Program-made: the position numbers and the translations under genes
The notes under the pieces: model-generated
Databases searched by the model: none
Told to the model about the DNA's origin: nothing
The model's input: only the letters and a program-made list of their open reading frames with translations
Shown here: positions 28,139-37,555 of the stretch, one piece after another
Numbering within the stretch: the first letter of the stretch is position 1
Layout of the letters: every line of letters starts with the position of its first letter
Assembly: GCA_045580265.1 (NCBI GenBank)
Contig: JAZNNM010000002.1
Coordinates: 114,721 to 178,720 of the forward strand
Origin: Elusimicrobiaceae bacterium
GTDB lineage: Bacteria > Elusimicrobiota > Elusimicrobia > Elusimicrobiales > Elusimicrobiaceae
Reading direction: 5' to 3'
Length of the DNA: 64,000 nt

Positions 28139-29233
28139 TTAAATATTAAGCCTCTTTTTCCAAAGCCAATAAGCGGCACCTATCCCAGTGATAACCGGTA
28201 ACCACGGGCCGGGGTAAGATATCCAAGCATATTTTTTACCGAGAGAAAGACCGAATGTCATGAGTAAGTAAAAAGTAAAAATAATAATTACGCTAAACAA
28301 CATTCCCCACCCTTTGTTGGTGCGTTTGCCGAAAGAAAAACCAATCGGACAGCTGACAAATAACAAAATAATAGGCGACAAGGCCAACACATTTCTCATG
28401 CTGATAGTCGTTTTGTATTCATTGGCGAGTTTTTCTTCTACAAGTCCCGTGCGTAATAAACGTAAGAGTTTGGTGGTGGTCATTTCGCCTACCTTGCGGC
28501 TTCTCTCTCGGTCGCGCACGAGGGAAATGCTCATAGTATAATCATCGAAATTGGCAGCAATAATGGAGGAATTATCTTTTTCGTCAATACGTTGCATTTG
28601 TCCGTCTTCCAATTGAAGACCGATGGCCGTATCGGTTAAAATTACTTTGCCGGATGTGGCATTTACTTTTGTGCTTAAAGCTCCGCTATCATTCTTTTTG
28701 ATTAAATGGATTAATTGAGCCGTATGGGTGGACGGATCAAGCTTTTCTAAATACAAATCCCAGTCGCCTAAATTAATAAAAGTTTTGGGTTCCAACGTTA
28801 CTTTGGTAATTTTGCTGCGGGCTTCTTCGCGTCGTTCCAAAAAACGCTTGTAACTGCGCGGGGTGAGCCAGTTGCCAAGTACAAACAAAAGAACGGATAA
28901 CGTAACAGCACAAATAAGAAGAGGACGAACAATTTCTTTAAACGAGAAACCGGCCGCACGCAACGCAATCAGTTCCCCGTGTTCGCTCATGTTGGTTAGG
29001 GTTAACAAAACCGCAATTTGAAATGCCATCGGAGCGCTTAAACAAAATACGTCCGGAAGGATGTTAAGTAACGACGACGCAATCCACCCTATTCCGGTGC
29101 CGTACGTCATAGCCATATCCAACACCTTGATGGAGCGCATCATAAAAATGACAAACGTCAAAATCCCGGTTACCCCGGCAAAAAAGGTAAGCAGGCTTTT
29201 GGCTATATAGCGGGAAAAGATGCTAATGTTCAT
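28139..29233 (-). CDS. lptF: LPS export ABC permease (LptF/LptG family), first gene of the pair
   Basis: IFSRYIAKSLL, LSAPMAF...HGELIALRAAGFS, PKTF, 3+3 TM layout. Confidence 0.85.
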   Translation of the reverse strand: MNISIFSRYIAKSLLTFFAGVTGILTFVIFMMRSIKVLDMAMTYGTGIGWIASSLLNILPDVFCLSAPMAFQIAVLLTLTNMSEHGELIALRAAGFSFKEIVRPLLICAVTLSVLLFVLGNWLTPRSYKRFLERREEARSKITKVTLEPKTFINLGDWDLYLEKLDPSTHTAQLIHLIKKNDSGALSTKVNATSGKVILTDTAIGLQLEDGQMQRIDEKDNSSIIAANFDDYTMSISLVRDRERSRKVGEMTTTKLLRLLRTGLVEEKLANEYKTTISMRNVLALSPIILLFVSCPIGFSFGKRTNKGWGMLFSVIIIFTFYLLMTFGLSLGKKYAWISYPGPWLPVITGIGAAYWLWKKRLNI

Positions 29234-29348
29234 CTTTATTATTCTAACAAAATATCACGTTGTAGGGGCGGAAAATCATGCCTATGTGGGTAAATCGTAC
29301 GCGCGGGGCGGAATTATTATAAAATGAAAGAATGAGGTATTTTTCCCT

Positions 29349-32300
29349 ATGAAAATACTGCGGTTGTTTGTCGCCCTTTTGTTAATCCTCCAGTTAATGT
29401 TCGCCCCGCCGGCGGGTGCCGAAACGCTACCTTATACGCTGGTGGATAGGGACCAGTATTCTATTTTCGAAGAGGACCAAGCCGCCAAACAGGAAGAAGA
29501 ACTGCAAATTACTGACCCTCCGGACGACGCACAATTACTTAAATACACCAACGAATTTTGGCGCCAAGCGGTAACAGCGGTGGAAGGTTCCTACCGTTTG
29601 GACAAGGAGCCGGAACCCATTCCGGACTTGACCCTTTTAAATCCGACCCTTTCTTTGCCTATTTATGGTACGAGTATCGCCTTGACGGGACGTTATGTGT
29701 TGGGTTTTAAATTTGCCGGTAAAAAATACAAAGAAGACGATAATAACGATATCGACGATCGAAATACCCACAGTCTGGAAATGGCGCAAGAACTGCAACT
29801 TAAAATGCAGGGTAAGATTTTGGAGCGTGTATTTGTAGATATCGATTATGATGATCAACGGGAAGAGGAAAAAACGCTTTCTGTGGCCTATCGCGGAAAA
29901 GCAGGGGAACTGGTACAACTTGCCGAATTCGGGGATATTAATCTTTCTTTGCCACAGACGGAATTTATTGCCTACCAAAAACAACTTTTCGGGGCGAAGA
30001 TGCACCTGCAACACAAAAATGCCAACCTGTATTTGATCGGTTCGCAAACCAAAGGTTCCAGTAAGCAAAAGCAATTTATCGGCAGCAGTGTGTCGGAAAT
30101 CGTTTCCATCGCCGATACTGACTATATTCGCCGTAAATACTACGACTTGACTTTCGGCGGAAATATTCATCCCATTGATAACGACGCTGCTTACTTGCAG
30201 TGGCGTAACGACATGGGCAACATTTCTCCCGGTTCAGAGGAGATTTATTTAGACAGCAACACCACCTCTTCCGATTATGTGCCGATCAATAAAACGGCTA
30301 CGGACTACTTGGGTACGGTGCCGTACCAAGCCCAGTGGGAGCTCCTTACCCGCGGGGTGGACTATACGGTGGATTATGCGCGCGGTATTATTACCTTCAA
30401 CCGTTCCATTACGGCCGAAAGTGTGATTGCGGTAGATTACAGAAGTACCAGCGGGGAACAACTAAGTGCTATGGGGGCCACGCCCAACACCATTAAACTT
30501 ATCAAAACGGAAAATGACAAAGCGTGGGAATCTTTTACGGAAGAGACCTCCAATAAGTTGGAAATGAAAACGTTTTACAACATCGGCGCACAAAAAATTA
30601 CCCAAGACAATGGAAAAGGGAATTTTATTTTACGTTTGATGGATGCCAACGGGCAAGAAGTGGGGGAAATGGCTTCTCCCAAACAAATATATCCAAGCAC
30701 GATAGAAGTAGATTTTGATAAAGGTCTTTTTGAACTTCAAAATCGCATGGTGGACGATTTGGGGCTTTATAATGTAACGCCTACCTCTTCCAGAAACCGC
30801 ACTTTTAAGATTCAATATGAATCTACGGTCAAAACCTATTTCATTGAGTCCGACATTGTTATCGAGTCCGAAAGCGTAAAACTAAACGGTCGTGCTTTAA
30901 CGCGTAATAACGATTACTATATCGATTATACTTCCGGTTTTATTACCTTCTACAAAGGTGATGAAATTACCGAAAATTCCGTTATCGATATTACTTATGA
31001 TACCACCACCGGTTCCAGCTCCAACAACTCGGTGTTGGGCGGCCGGTTGGATTATCATTTGTTTGACAAAATCGTTATGGGAGCAACCCTTTTACAAGAA
31101 GGCGGAGACAAACCTTCCACTGTTCCGCAGGTAGGTGCTTACAATAAAAATTTGTTGGTGTACGGGGCGGACATCAACGGGAAGGATATTAAATTGGCGG
31201 AGCCCGTGTCGGTAGATTTTAGTGCCGAAGTAGCCAAAAGCCGTAAAGATCAAAATATGTTCGGCTATGCCATGGTGGACAGCATGAACGACACCCAAGA
31301 AAAAGTGGGCGGTTCTTCCGATTTTAGGGAATGGATTATTGCTTCCAACCCGAATAATAACCCCAACTTTTTAAATGCCATCCGCTGGGACACGCAAGAT
31401 TTGCCTGCGTTGGAAATTAACCCCAACTCTATTGCTAACTATAACGATAAACAACAGGTATTAGTCATCAACTACGATTTCAGCCAAAGTGTTGGCACAT
31501 ACGCGGATAGAGACGAAGTTTCTATCGTGTATCCACTTAGTACCAGCGGTATAGATTTGTCCGAAAAGACCTCATTCGAGCTTACTATGCTTGGCGAAGA
31601 AGGGGGGCCTCAGGTAAACTTTACATTCGGTAACATTTCGGAATATTCCGATAATTCTTTGGGTATGGACACGCAATGCGGAACGGGGGTACCCAAGACC
31701 GAAGATATCTATTGCCGCAACAGTTTGGCTCCGAACGAAGATATCGGCTGGCTTTACACCAACCCGGACGGTTCAGAAGAACGCTATAACCCCTTTGTAA
31801 ATAATGTTTACAACCCCGAATCCCAACCTAACGGACGCATTGATACGCAGGACTTGAACAACAACGGTAAATACGATGAGGCCGATGCCTTGGCTGTTTG
31901 GGGCGGGCAAGGAAACTTCGGTTTTGCGGGTACATCTATCGACGGTATGACAGGTAGCTATGCTACTAATACCAAATGGCAAACCTATACGGCGCCGCTT
32001 TTAATTAACGATAAAAGTGCGTGGACGGCTGTGCGCCATTTGCGTATTACCCTTAAAAAAGGGGAAAAAACAAAAGGGCAAATTAAAATTGCCAATGTGT
32101 CTTTGTCCGGCACGGCTTGGAACCCGAAGGAAGGTGTTTCTACGGATATTTTCTCGGTATCGGGGATTAATAATGTGGATAATTCCAACTATCAACCCAT
32201 TTTTGCCGATCGCCAAGGGGACGGATTAAGGGTATTTAATTATCTTTACGGTTCTGTGAATAATTATAAGAAAAACAGCGATTCCGCCAACGCGCTCGAC

Positions 32301-34718
32301 CAAGCCCTTAACATCACTTTTGATACTACCCAAGTGCCTGCTGTTGCGGATAACGACCCTACTGATTCCCCAGATGGAGAATTGTACGCCAACCGAAACT
32401 TTAAATCCATGGACTTTACCCAACACCGAGAGTTCCGCTTTTTGGTTCACAGTTCGCCGGAAAACCAAGGTTCTGAATTTTTCTTAAAAGTAGGGACGGA
32501 CACTAATTACGATAAAGTAATCGTTCCCTTAACGGACGATTTCAACGGTTGGCGCCTGATTTCTCTCAAAATGATAGATACCAACGGGGACGGTATCACC
32601 GATACATTTGAAAACGTATCTGACGAAAACTATCAAGTGCGTGTGGAAAATCATCGGGCTCCCAACGGGGTTCTTAATTTCAAAGAAATCAGTATGATTT
32701 TGGCCGGTGTACAACGCCGCAAAAATGAGAACGGAACGGAAGAAACGGGTAGCCGTGGGCAAGTGTGGTTAAACGTGATTCACTTGGCGGAAGCCATTAC
32801 GTTGGAAGGTGAGGCCTACAAAGGTGATGTGGTATTAAAATGGGACGGTTGGGGGAGTGCCGGTGCGAAGTACAAATACCAAGACAATAATTTTGAAACC
32901 CCGTTAGCCGTTTCCAAAAATCAAGAGGTAACGGAAGAGGAATACTTCGTAAAAGTGGACCGTATTAAAGAATTCCCCATGCAGGCCAATTTAACGCGCA
33001 GCAGCGTTACCACTCCCTTAGTTACCGATTCTACCGACTACAACACCGTCAGTTTGCTGGATAAAGGAAAAGTAGACCGAGAGCGTGCTGTTATCCGCGG
33101 GGATTTTATCAAAGAAAATATGCCCAAAATCGGCTTAGAATATACGTTGGATAAAGTAGATTACGATGCCATGAAACGTAAAGACGATTCCCAAACTTAC
33201 GGGGCTACTTTATCGCATACGACCGGATCTTTTAAAAATATTTCTCTCGGTTATCACGTAACGGATTCCAGCGTGAGTTATGATCCGGTCCGTCATCAAG
33301 AATCGGAAAATTTTTATAACACGGATGAAAATACTCAAAAATTAAATATGAAAGTTTCCTATCAGCCGAATAATAATTTCATATTTACACCTAATTATAA
33401 TTTAACTAAAAGTAAAGAAGACCGTTCCCGTTACGAGTTCTCCACTCAGGAGCATTTAAGCTATCCGAAAGCATTAAATCAAAGTACCGGTTTTAATACT
33501 ACTTGGAAAATTACCAAGTGGTTGGCTCCGTCAGTCAATTATAATGTCAGTACCGTGGAAAATAACAACCTTACCGCCAAAACCATTACGGCTTCGGGCA
33601 GTAGTGTGTCGGTGGGCGTAGGGGATGTAAAAACGGTTAATCGTAATGCTGACGGGGGCGTGACACTAACCTTAAACGGAAACGAAATTTTGCCCAACAG
33701 CAAGTTGTTTAACACGTTTGTGATCTCGTCCAGCTACCGTATTCAAGATGCGGACTCGTGGGCTGATGTAGACAGCGGTTTTGATTCTCGTAAAGAGTTG
33801 TGGGTGCGCCGCTCGTTAAAAGACGTGGGGGAATTCGGTTATCGCAAAAGTATGACGTTGCGCGATACGTTTACTTCTACGCAACGGTGGAATCCTTTCT
33901 CTCAATATAATTTAACGGGTGCGGCCGCTCCGCTTAAAACAATTTCGCTTATTAACAACTTTACCAAAACCTTACAGACCAACGAACAAACCGGTACAGA
34001 ATATGATTCCGAAAGTCTTACTTTGCCGGATGTCACTTTTTCTATTTCGGATTTAGAAAAAATCTTCTATGGAAGCCGTTGGTTTAGTTCTTCCAATTTA
34101 AAACTACGTTATAGTTGGGTTGAACAAACTAACACCGGTACGGACGAGCAATATACCACCCAATACGGGGGAGATTTGCGGTTTATGTTGTTTAACTATT
34201 TTGATACGGTGTTTAATTACACTAAAAAGGAATCCGATAAGACTGACCTTCGCGCCGGCACCAGTTTGGAACGGATTGATGATAATAATTTTTCCGCACA
34301 GACTTCTTTCTACATCGGTTCTTTGCGTGTCACTCCTAAACTACTTTATACTTCGCACGATAAGTGGCTTGTTCGCGGAAAAATCAGCGAATCGTTTACG
34401 GAAACTACCCCCAGTGTGAATTTCCGGTGGGACTTTAATATCCCGCGTGGATTTAAATTGCCGTTTATTAACAAAATGTATAATACCACCAACCGTGTGA
34501 TATGGAACACAAACCTTAGTTACACGGACAAACGATCGGAAGTAGAAGTGAAAGATAACTACAAAATGTTTGATTTCAGTACTTCTTTTGATTACGAACT
34601 TTCCCGCAATTTACGTTTTACATTATCGGGTGGTCTTACCGTGCTGGACCATGCGTACGTAGCTACAGAAGATTACACTGCCTACAATATGGCTGCTAAC
34701 GTAACAGTACAATTCTAG
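29349..34718 (+). CDS. Very large outer-membrane beta-barrel protein, SprA/Sov (T9SS translocon)-like
   Basis: 1789 aa; signal peptide; N-terminal block QELQLKMQGKI...DYDD...AEFGDINLSLP...KQLFGAK recalls the SprA N-terminus; long C-terminal amphipathic strands; ends in TVQF. Family call is from recalled motifs. Confidence 0.65.
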   Translation: MKILRLFVALLLILQLMFAPPAGAETLPYTLVDRDQYSIFEEDQAAKQEEELQITDPPDDAQLLKYTNEFWRQAVTAVEGSYRLDKEPEPIPDLTLLNPTLSLPIYGTSIALTGRYVLGFKFAGKKYKEDDNNDIDDRNTHSLEMAQELQLKMQGKILERVFVDIDYDDQREEEKTLSVAYRGKAGELVQLAEFGDINLSLPQTEFIAYQKQLFGAKMHLQHKNANLYLIGSQTKGSSKQKQFIGSSVSEIVSIADTDYIRRKYYDLTFGGNIHPIDNDAAYLQWRNDMGNISPGSEEIYLDSNTTSSDYVPINKTATDYLGTVPYQAQWELLTRGVDYTVDYARGIITFNRSITAESVIAVDYRSTSGEQLSAMGATPNTIKLIKTENDKAWESFTEETSNKLEMKTFYNIGAQKITQDNGKGNFILRLMDANGQEVGEMASPKQIYPSTIEVDFDKGLFELQNRMVDDLGLYNVTPTSSRNRTFKIQYESTVKTYFIESDIVIESESVKLNGRALTRNNDYYIDYTSGFITFYKGDEITENSVIDITYDTTTGSSSNNSVLGGRLDYHLFDKIVMGATLLQEGGDKPSTVPQVGAYNKNLLVYGADINGKDIKLAEPVSVDFSAEVAKSRKDQNMFGYAMVDSMNDTQEKVGGSSDFREWIIASNPNNNPNFLNAIRWDTQDLPALEINPNSIANYNDKQQVLVINYDFSQSVGTYADRDEVSIVYPLSTSGIDLSEKTSFELTMLGEEGGPQVNFTFGNISEYSDNSLGMDTQCGTGVPKTEDIYCRNSLAPNEDIGWLYTNPDGSEERYNPFVNNVYNPESQPNGRIDTQDLNNNGKYDEADALAVWGGQGNFGFAGTSIDGMTGSYATNTKWQTYTAPLLINDKSAWTAVRHLRITLKKGEKTKGQIKIANVSLSGTAWNPKEGVSTDIFSVSGINNVDNSNYQPIFADRQGDGLRVFNYLYGSVNNYKKNSDSANALDQALNITFDTTQVPAVADNDPTDSPDGELYANRNFKSMDFTQHREFRFLVHSSPENQGSEFFLKVGTDTNYDKVIVPLTDDFNGWRLISLKMIDTNGDGITDTFENVSDENYQVRVENHRAPNGVLNFKEISMILAGVQRRKNENGTEETGSRGQVWLNVIHLAEAITLEGEAYKGDVVLKWDGWGSAGAKYKYQDNNFETPLAVSKNQEVTEEEYFVKVDRIKEFPMQANLTRSSVTTPLVTDSTDYNTVSLLDKGKVDRERAVIRGDFIKENMPKIGLEYTLDKVDYDAMKRKDDSQTYGATLSHTTGSFKNISLGYHVTDSSVSYDPVRHQESENFYNTDENTQKLNMKVSYQPNNNFIFTPNYNLTKSKEDRSRYEFSTQEHLSYPKALNQSTGFNTTWKITKWLAPSVNYNVSTVENNNLTAKTITASGSSVSVGVGDVKTVNRNADGGVTLTLNGNEILPNSKLFNTFVISSSYRIQDADSWADVDSGFDSRKELWVRRSLKDVGEFGYRKSMTLRDTFTSTQRWNPFSQYNLTGAAAPLKTISLINNFTKTLQTNEQTGTEYDSESLTLPDVTFSISDLEKIFYGSRWFSSSNLKLRYSWVEQTNTGTDEQYTTQYGGDLRFMLFNYFDTVFNYTKKESDKTDLRAGTSLERIDDNNFSAQTSFYIGSLRVTPKLLYTSHDKWLVRGKISESFTETTPSVNFRWDFNIPRGFKLPFINKMYNTTNRVIWNTNLSYTDKRSEVEVKDNYKMFDFSTSFDYELSRNLRFTLSGGLTVLDHAYVATEDYTAYNMAANVTVQF

Positions 34719-34719
34719 T

Positions 34720-35460
34720 ATGAAGACAAAAAAATCTTTTATCCGAACGGTATTTTCTTATTTCTTACATTTCCTGTTCCCGAAAACTTGTCTTGCTTGC
34801 GGTTGTGATTTAGATGCGCAGACTCAACATTCCTTATGTTCGTGCTGTTTAGCTGCGCTCAGAACCCCCGGCCCGCTTATTTGTCGGCGTTGCGGAGCTG
34901 TATTAAAATCGGGAGGAGCGCATTGCTATGCTTGCCGCGGAACTAAAGCCAAAAAATACAAATGCTCAGTAATTCGTTCCGCTTTTGTTTTTAATGATTC
35001 TTCTCGGGCGTGGATACATGCACTTAAATATGGCGGGGCCGATTATTTGGGAAAAGAAATGGGCAAAGAGATGTCTCTTAGATTTTGCCGCTATCCGGAA
35101 CTGTCGGAAGCAGAGTTAATAATACCCGTCCCACTTTTTTCCAAAAAATATCGTCAACGCGGATATAACCAAAGTGAACTTTTGGCACGGTCTTTTTCGG
35201 CAGAGTTATCGCTGCCGTTGGATAAAAATTCATTGAAGCGTATTCGTCATACCGTCAGCCAGACAACGCTTGGCAGAAAGGAGCGTTTAGAAAATATGGC
35301 GGGAGCTTTTGTATGCATAAACCCGAAGGCTGTTTACCGAAAAACCATTTTATTGATTGATGACGTTGCCACCACGGGGGCTACGCTGGAAGGATGCGCT
35401 CAGGCCCTCAAACAGGCAGGAGCCAAGAAGGTGCTGGCTTACACTTTTGCTCGAGAATAG
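34720..35460 (+). CDS. comF: ComF family protein (double zinc ribbon plus PRTase)
   Basis: CLAC, CSCC, CRRC and CYAC cysteine pairs; LKYGG; RGYNQSELLA; LLIDDVATTGATL. Confidence 0.92.
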   Translation: MKTKKSFIRTVFSYFLHFLFPKTCLACGCDLDAQTQHSLCSCCLAALRTPGPLICRRCGAVLKSGGAHCYACRGTKAKKYKCSVIRSAFVFNDSSRAWIHALKYGGADYLGKEMGKEMSLRFCRYPELSEAELIIPVPLFSKKYRQRGYNQSELLARSFSAELSLPLDKNSLKRIRHTVSQTTLGRKERLENMAGAFVCINPKAVYRKTILLIDDVATTGATLEGCAQALKQAGAKKVLAYTFARE

Positions 35461-35468
35461 AAACAAAT

Positions 35469-35497
35469 AAAAAAGCCCGATAAAAATCGGGCTTTTT
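35469..35497. terminator. Bidirectional intrinsic terminator
   Basis: AAAAAGCCCGAT-aaaa-ATCGGGCTTTTT. Confidence 0.88.
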
Positions 35498-35504
35498 ACT
35501 TTAG

Positions 35505-36791
35505 TTAAGAATTACATTTTTCCTGCATGATGTTCACAATCATGGGATCCACTCGGCTCATTCCCACACTGGAAATACTGCCTAGATTTTGAATGGTTTC
35601 TTCTGCTGTTCGACCTACAAAACCTTCTACTTCGGTAATGCCATAATCGTGGATAGCCATATAAGCGCTGCGAATAGCAGCGTCCGTAGAGCTGACTACC
35701 TTCAGGGCACAACCGCTTTTGGCCCCGTCACAGAGCATACCGCCGATATCACTGATGATGTTGTTGATAGCTAAAGTAACGGCCGGTACACATTTTCCGC
35801 GTTGTTGGTACACAATACCGGCGGTCGCGCCCACTCCGGCGGCGATGGCACAACCGCAAATGGGAGCAAGTTCTCCGGTAAAAACCTTTACATATCCGTT
35901 TAATAAGTGAGACAACGCAATGCTTTTTAAAATAGTGGTTTCGTCCACTTCCATTTCTTTTCCCACTTTCCATGGTACTAAAATGGTTACTACCCCTTGA
36001 TTGCCGGATTCCCCACTTGCCATAACGGGAATAGCTTGTCCATCCATGCGGGCATCGGCTGCACATGCGGTGAGAATTTTAGTGGAAGAGATTAAATCCA
36101 TTTGGATAAGCTGTTTGCGAACGAGTTCTTTGATATAAAAACCTACCTTCTGTAAAGCTTGTCCTCTTTCAGCCGCCTTCAGGTTCATATCAACGCCTTT
36201 TTTAATATAGGCCAAATCTTCTTCATCTGCGTTTTCGGCTGCATCTAAAAGGTCTTGCAAAGAGGCATTTTTCAGAGTAGTTTTAAAATCCGGCTTTGGG
36301 GATAACGTTTGCGTGGCATCTTGTTCTAGTTTTATTTTTCCGTCACAAGACAAATGAACCACTTCTGTATGTCCGCCGGCGATAATACATTGGGCGGACT
36401 TTCCGGAAGATCCGGTCAAGGAAGCTTTAATATAAAAACCGCTCACATCCTTTGCCACTTTCATGCTGATGGATCGGTTTTCTACCATTTGTTTGGCTTT
36501 GGCTAGAATCGTTTTGTCTGCGGCGGCCAAAATTTCCATATTTTTTTCAGGGCAAGCCAACAGGGCTCCCATGGCGCCGGCCAGCACGTTTCCTTTTTCC
36601 CCATCTGTATTGGGAATACGCACTCCCATGCCGTTTTTATAGGTGCCGGCATCGAGTTCAAATGACAATTTTACAGCCGGTTCTCCCAGTTCTTTGGCGG
36701 CATAAGCCGCACATAAAGCCACCGAAACAGGTTCCGTGCAGCCCATAGCCGGATAAACTTGATATTTTAAAACTTCTTTTAATAGGTTCAT
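35505..36791 (-). CDS. L-cysteine desulfidase CyuA/YhaM (UPF0597) family Fe-S protein
   Basis: MGCTEPVSVAL, ARMDG...SGESGNQG, APICGCAIAAG and GMLCDGAKSGCALK motifs. Confidence 0.85.
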   Translation of the reverse strand: MNLLKEVLKYQVYPAMGCTEPVSVALCAAYAAKELGEPAVKLSFELDAGTYKNGMGVRIPNTDGEKGNVLAGAMGALLACPEKNMEILAAADKTILAKAKQMVENRSISMKVAKDVSGFYIKASLTGSSGKSAQCIIAGGHTEVVHLSCDGKIKLEQDATQTLSPKPDFKTTLKNASLQDLLDAAENADEEDLAYIKKGVDMNLKAAERGQALQKVGFYIKELVRKQLIQMDLISSTKILTACAADARMDGQAIPVMASGESGNQGVVTILVPWKVGKEMEVDETTILKSIALSHLLNGYVKVFTGELAPICGCAIAAGVGATAGIVYQQRGKCVPAVTLAINNIISDIGGMLCDGAKSGCALKVVSSTDAAIRSAYMAIHDYGITEVEGFVGRTAEETIQNLGSISSVGMSRVDPMIVNIMQEKCNS

Positions 36792-37477
36792 TAGATTTTT
36801 CCATTCGCTTTTAAACTGTAATGCGAATTGCCTCCGATAATGATATGGTCATGCACCGAAATATCAAAAAGTCTTGCCGCTTGGATAACGTCTTGCGTTA
36901 GTAAAATGTCCTCATGTGAAGGGGTTGCATCTCCTGACGGATGATTGTGTACCAAAATTATGGCAGATGCTTTGGCCGCCAAGGCGCTTTCCACAATTTT
37001 TCTGGGGGAAATAGCCACCCGATCAATAAGCCCTGAGGCTAAAATTTGTGTGCCCATCACGGTGTTTCTGACGGAAAGATAAATCACTTCTAAACATTCT
37101 TCTTTTTTCCCGGCTAAAGAAGCCTGGCAATACTCCAATACTTGCTGAGGTGTCCGAATCGTGATGCGCTCTTTTACTTCATCAAAGGTATATTTTTTAA
37201 ATACACTGCGTACCAATTTGATAAATAAAGAAGTATTTTCTCCAATCCCTTCCACTTCGGCTAGTTGTTCCGGTTCCGCGTCCAATACGGCTGCTAAAGA
37301 ACCGAATCGTTTTAAAAGAGCCCAAGCGATGGGTTTGGTGTCTTTACGAGGAATAACGTAAGTTAATAAGAGCTCCAAAACTTCGTGATCTAAAAAAGAA
37401 TCCAACCCGTTCGAAGCAAATTTTTCACGGATACGTTCACGATGTCCAACATAAGACGGTTTATGGTTTTTTGGCAT
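36791..37477 (-). CDS. radC: RadC family JAB-domain protein with N-terminal HhH
   Basis: GHRERIREKF, DHEVLELLL, VEGIG, JAB motif HNHPSGDATPSHED, and HDHII. Confidence 0.92.
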   Translation of the reverse strand: MPKNHKPSYVGHRERIREKFASNGLDSFLDHEVLELLLTYVIPRKDTKPIAWALLKRFGSLAAVLDAEPEQLAEVEGIGENTSLFIKLVRSVFKKYTFDEVKERITIRTPQQVLEYCQASLAGKKEECLEVIYLSVRNTVMGTQILASGLIDRVAISPRKIVESALAAKASAIILVHNHPSGDATPSHEDILLTQDVIQAARLFDISVHDHIIIGGNSHYSLKANGKI

Positions 37478-37555
37478 AGTGTAATTCTTCTTTTTTATTA
37501 TACTGTTTTTAATGCTACAATAGGTATAAACCAATACCATAAACGGGGGAAAGAA

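Noticed and set aside
36791-37477. radC as a mobile-element marker
   Set aside because: It is the long form with an N-terminal HhH, typical of chromosomal copies, and is coupled to a metabolic gene with no mobile context.
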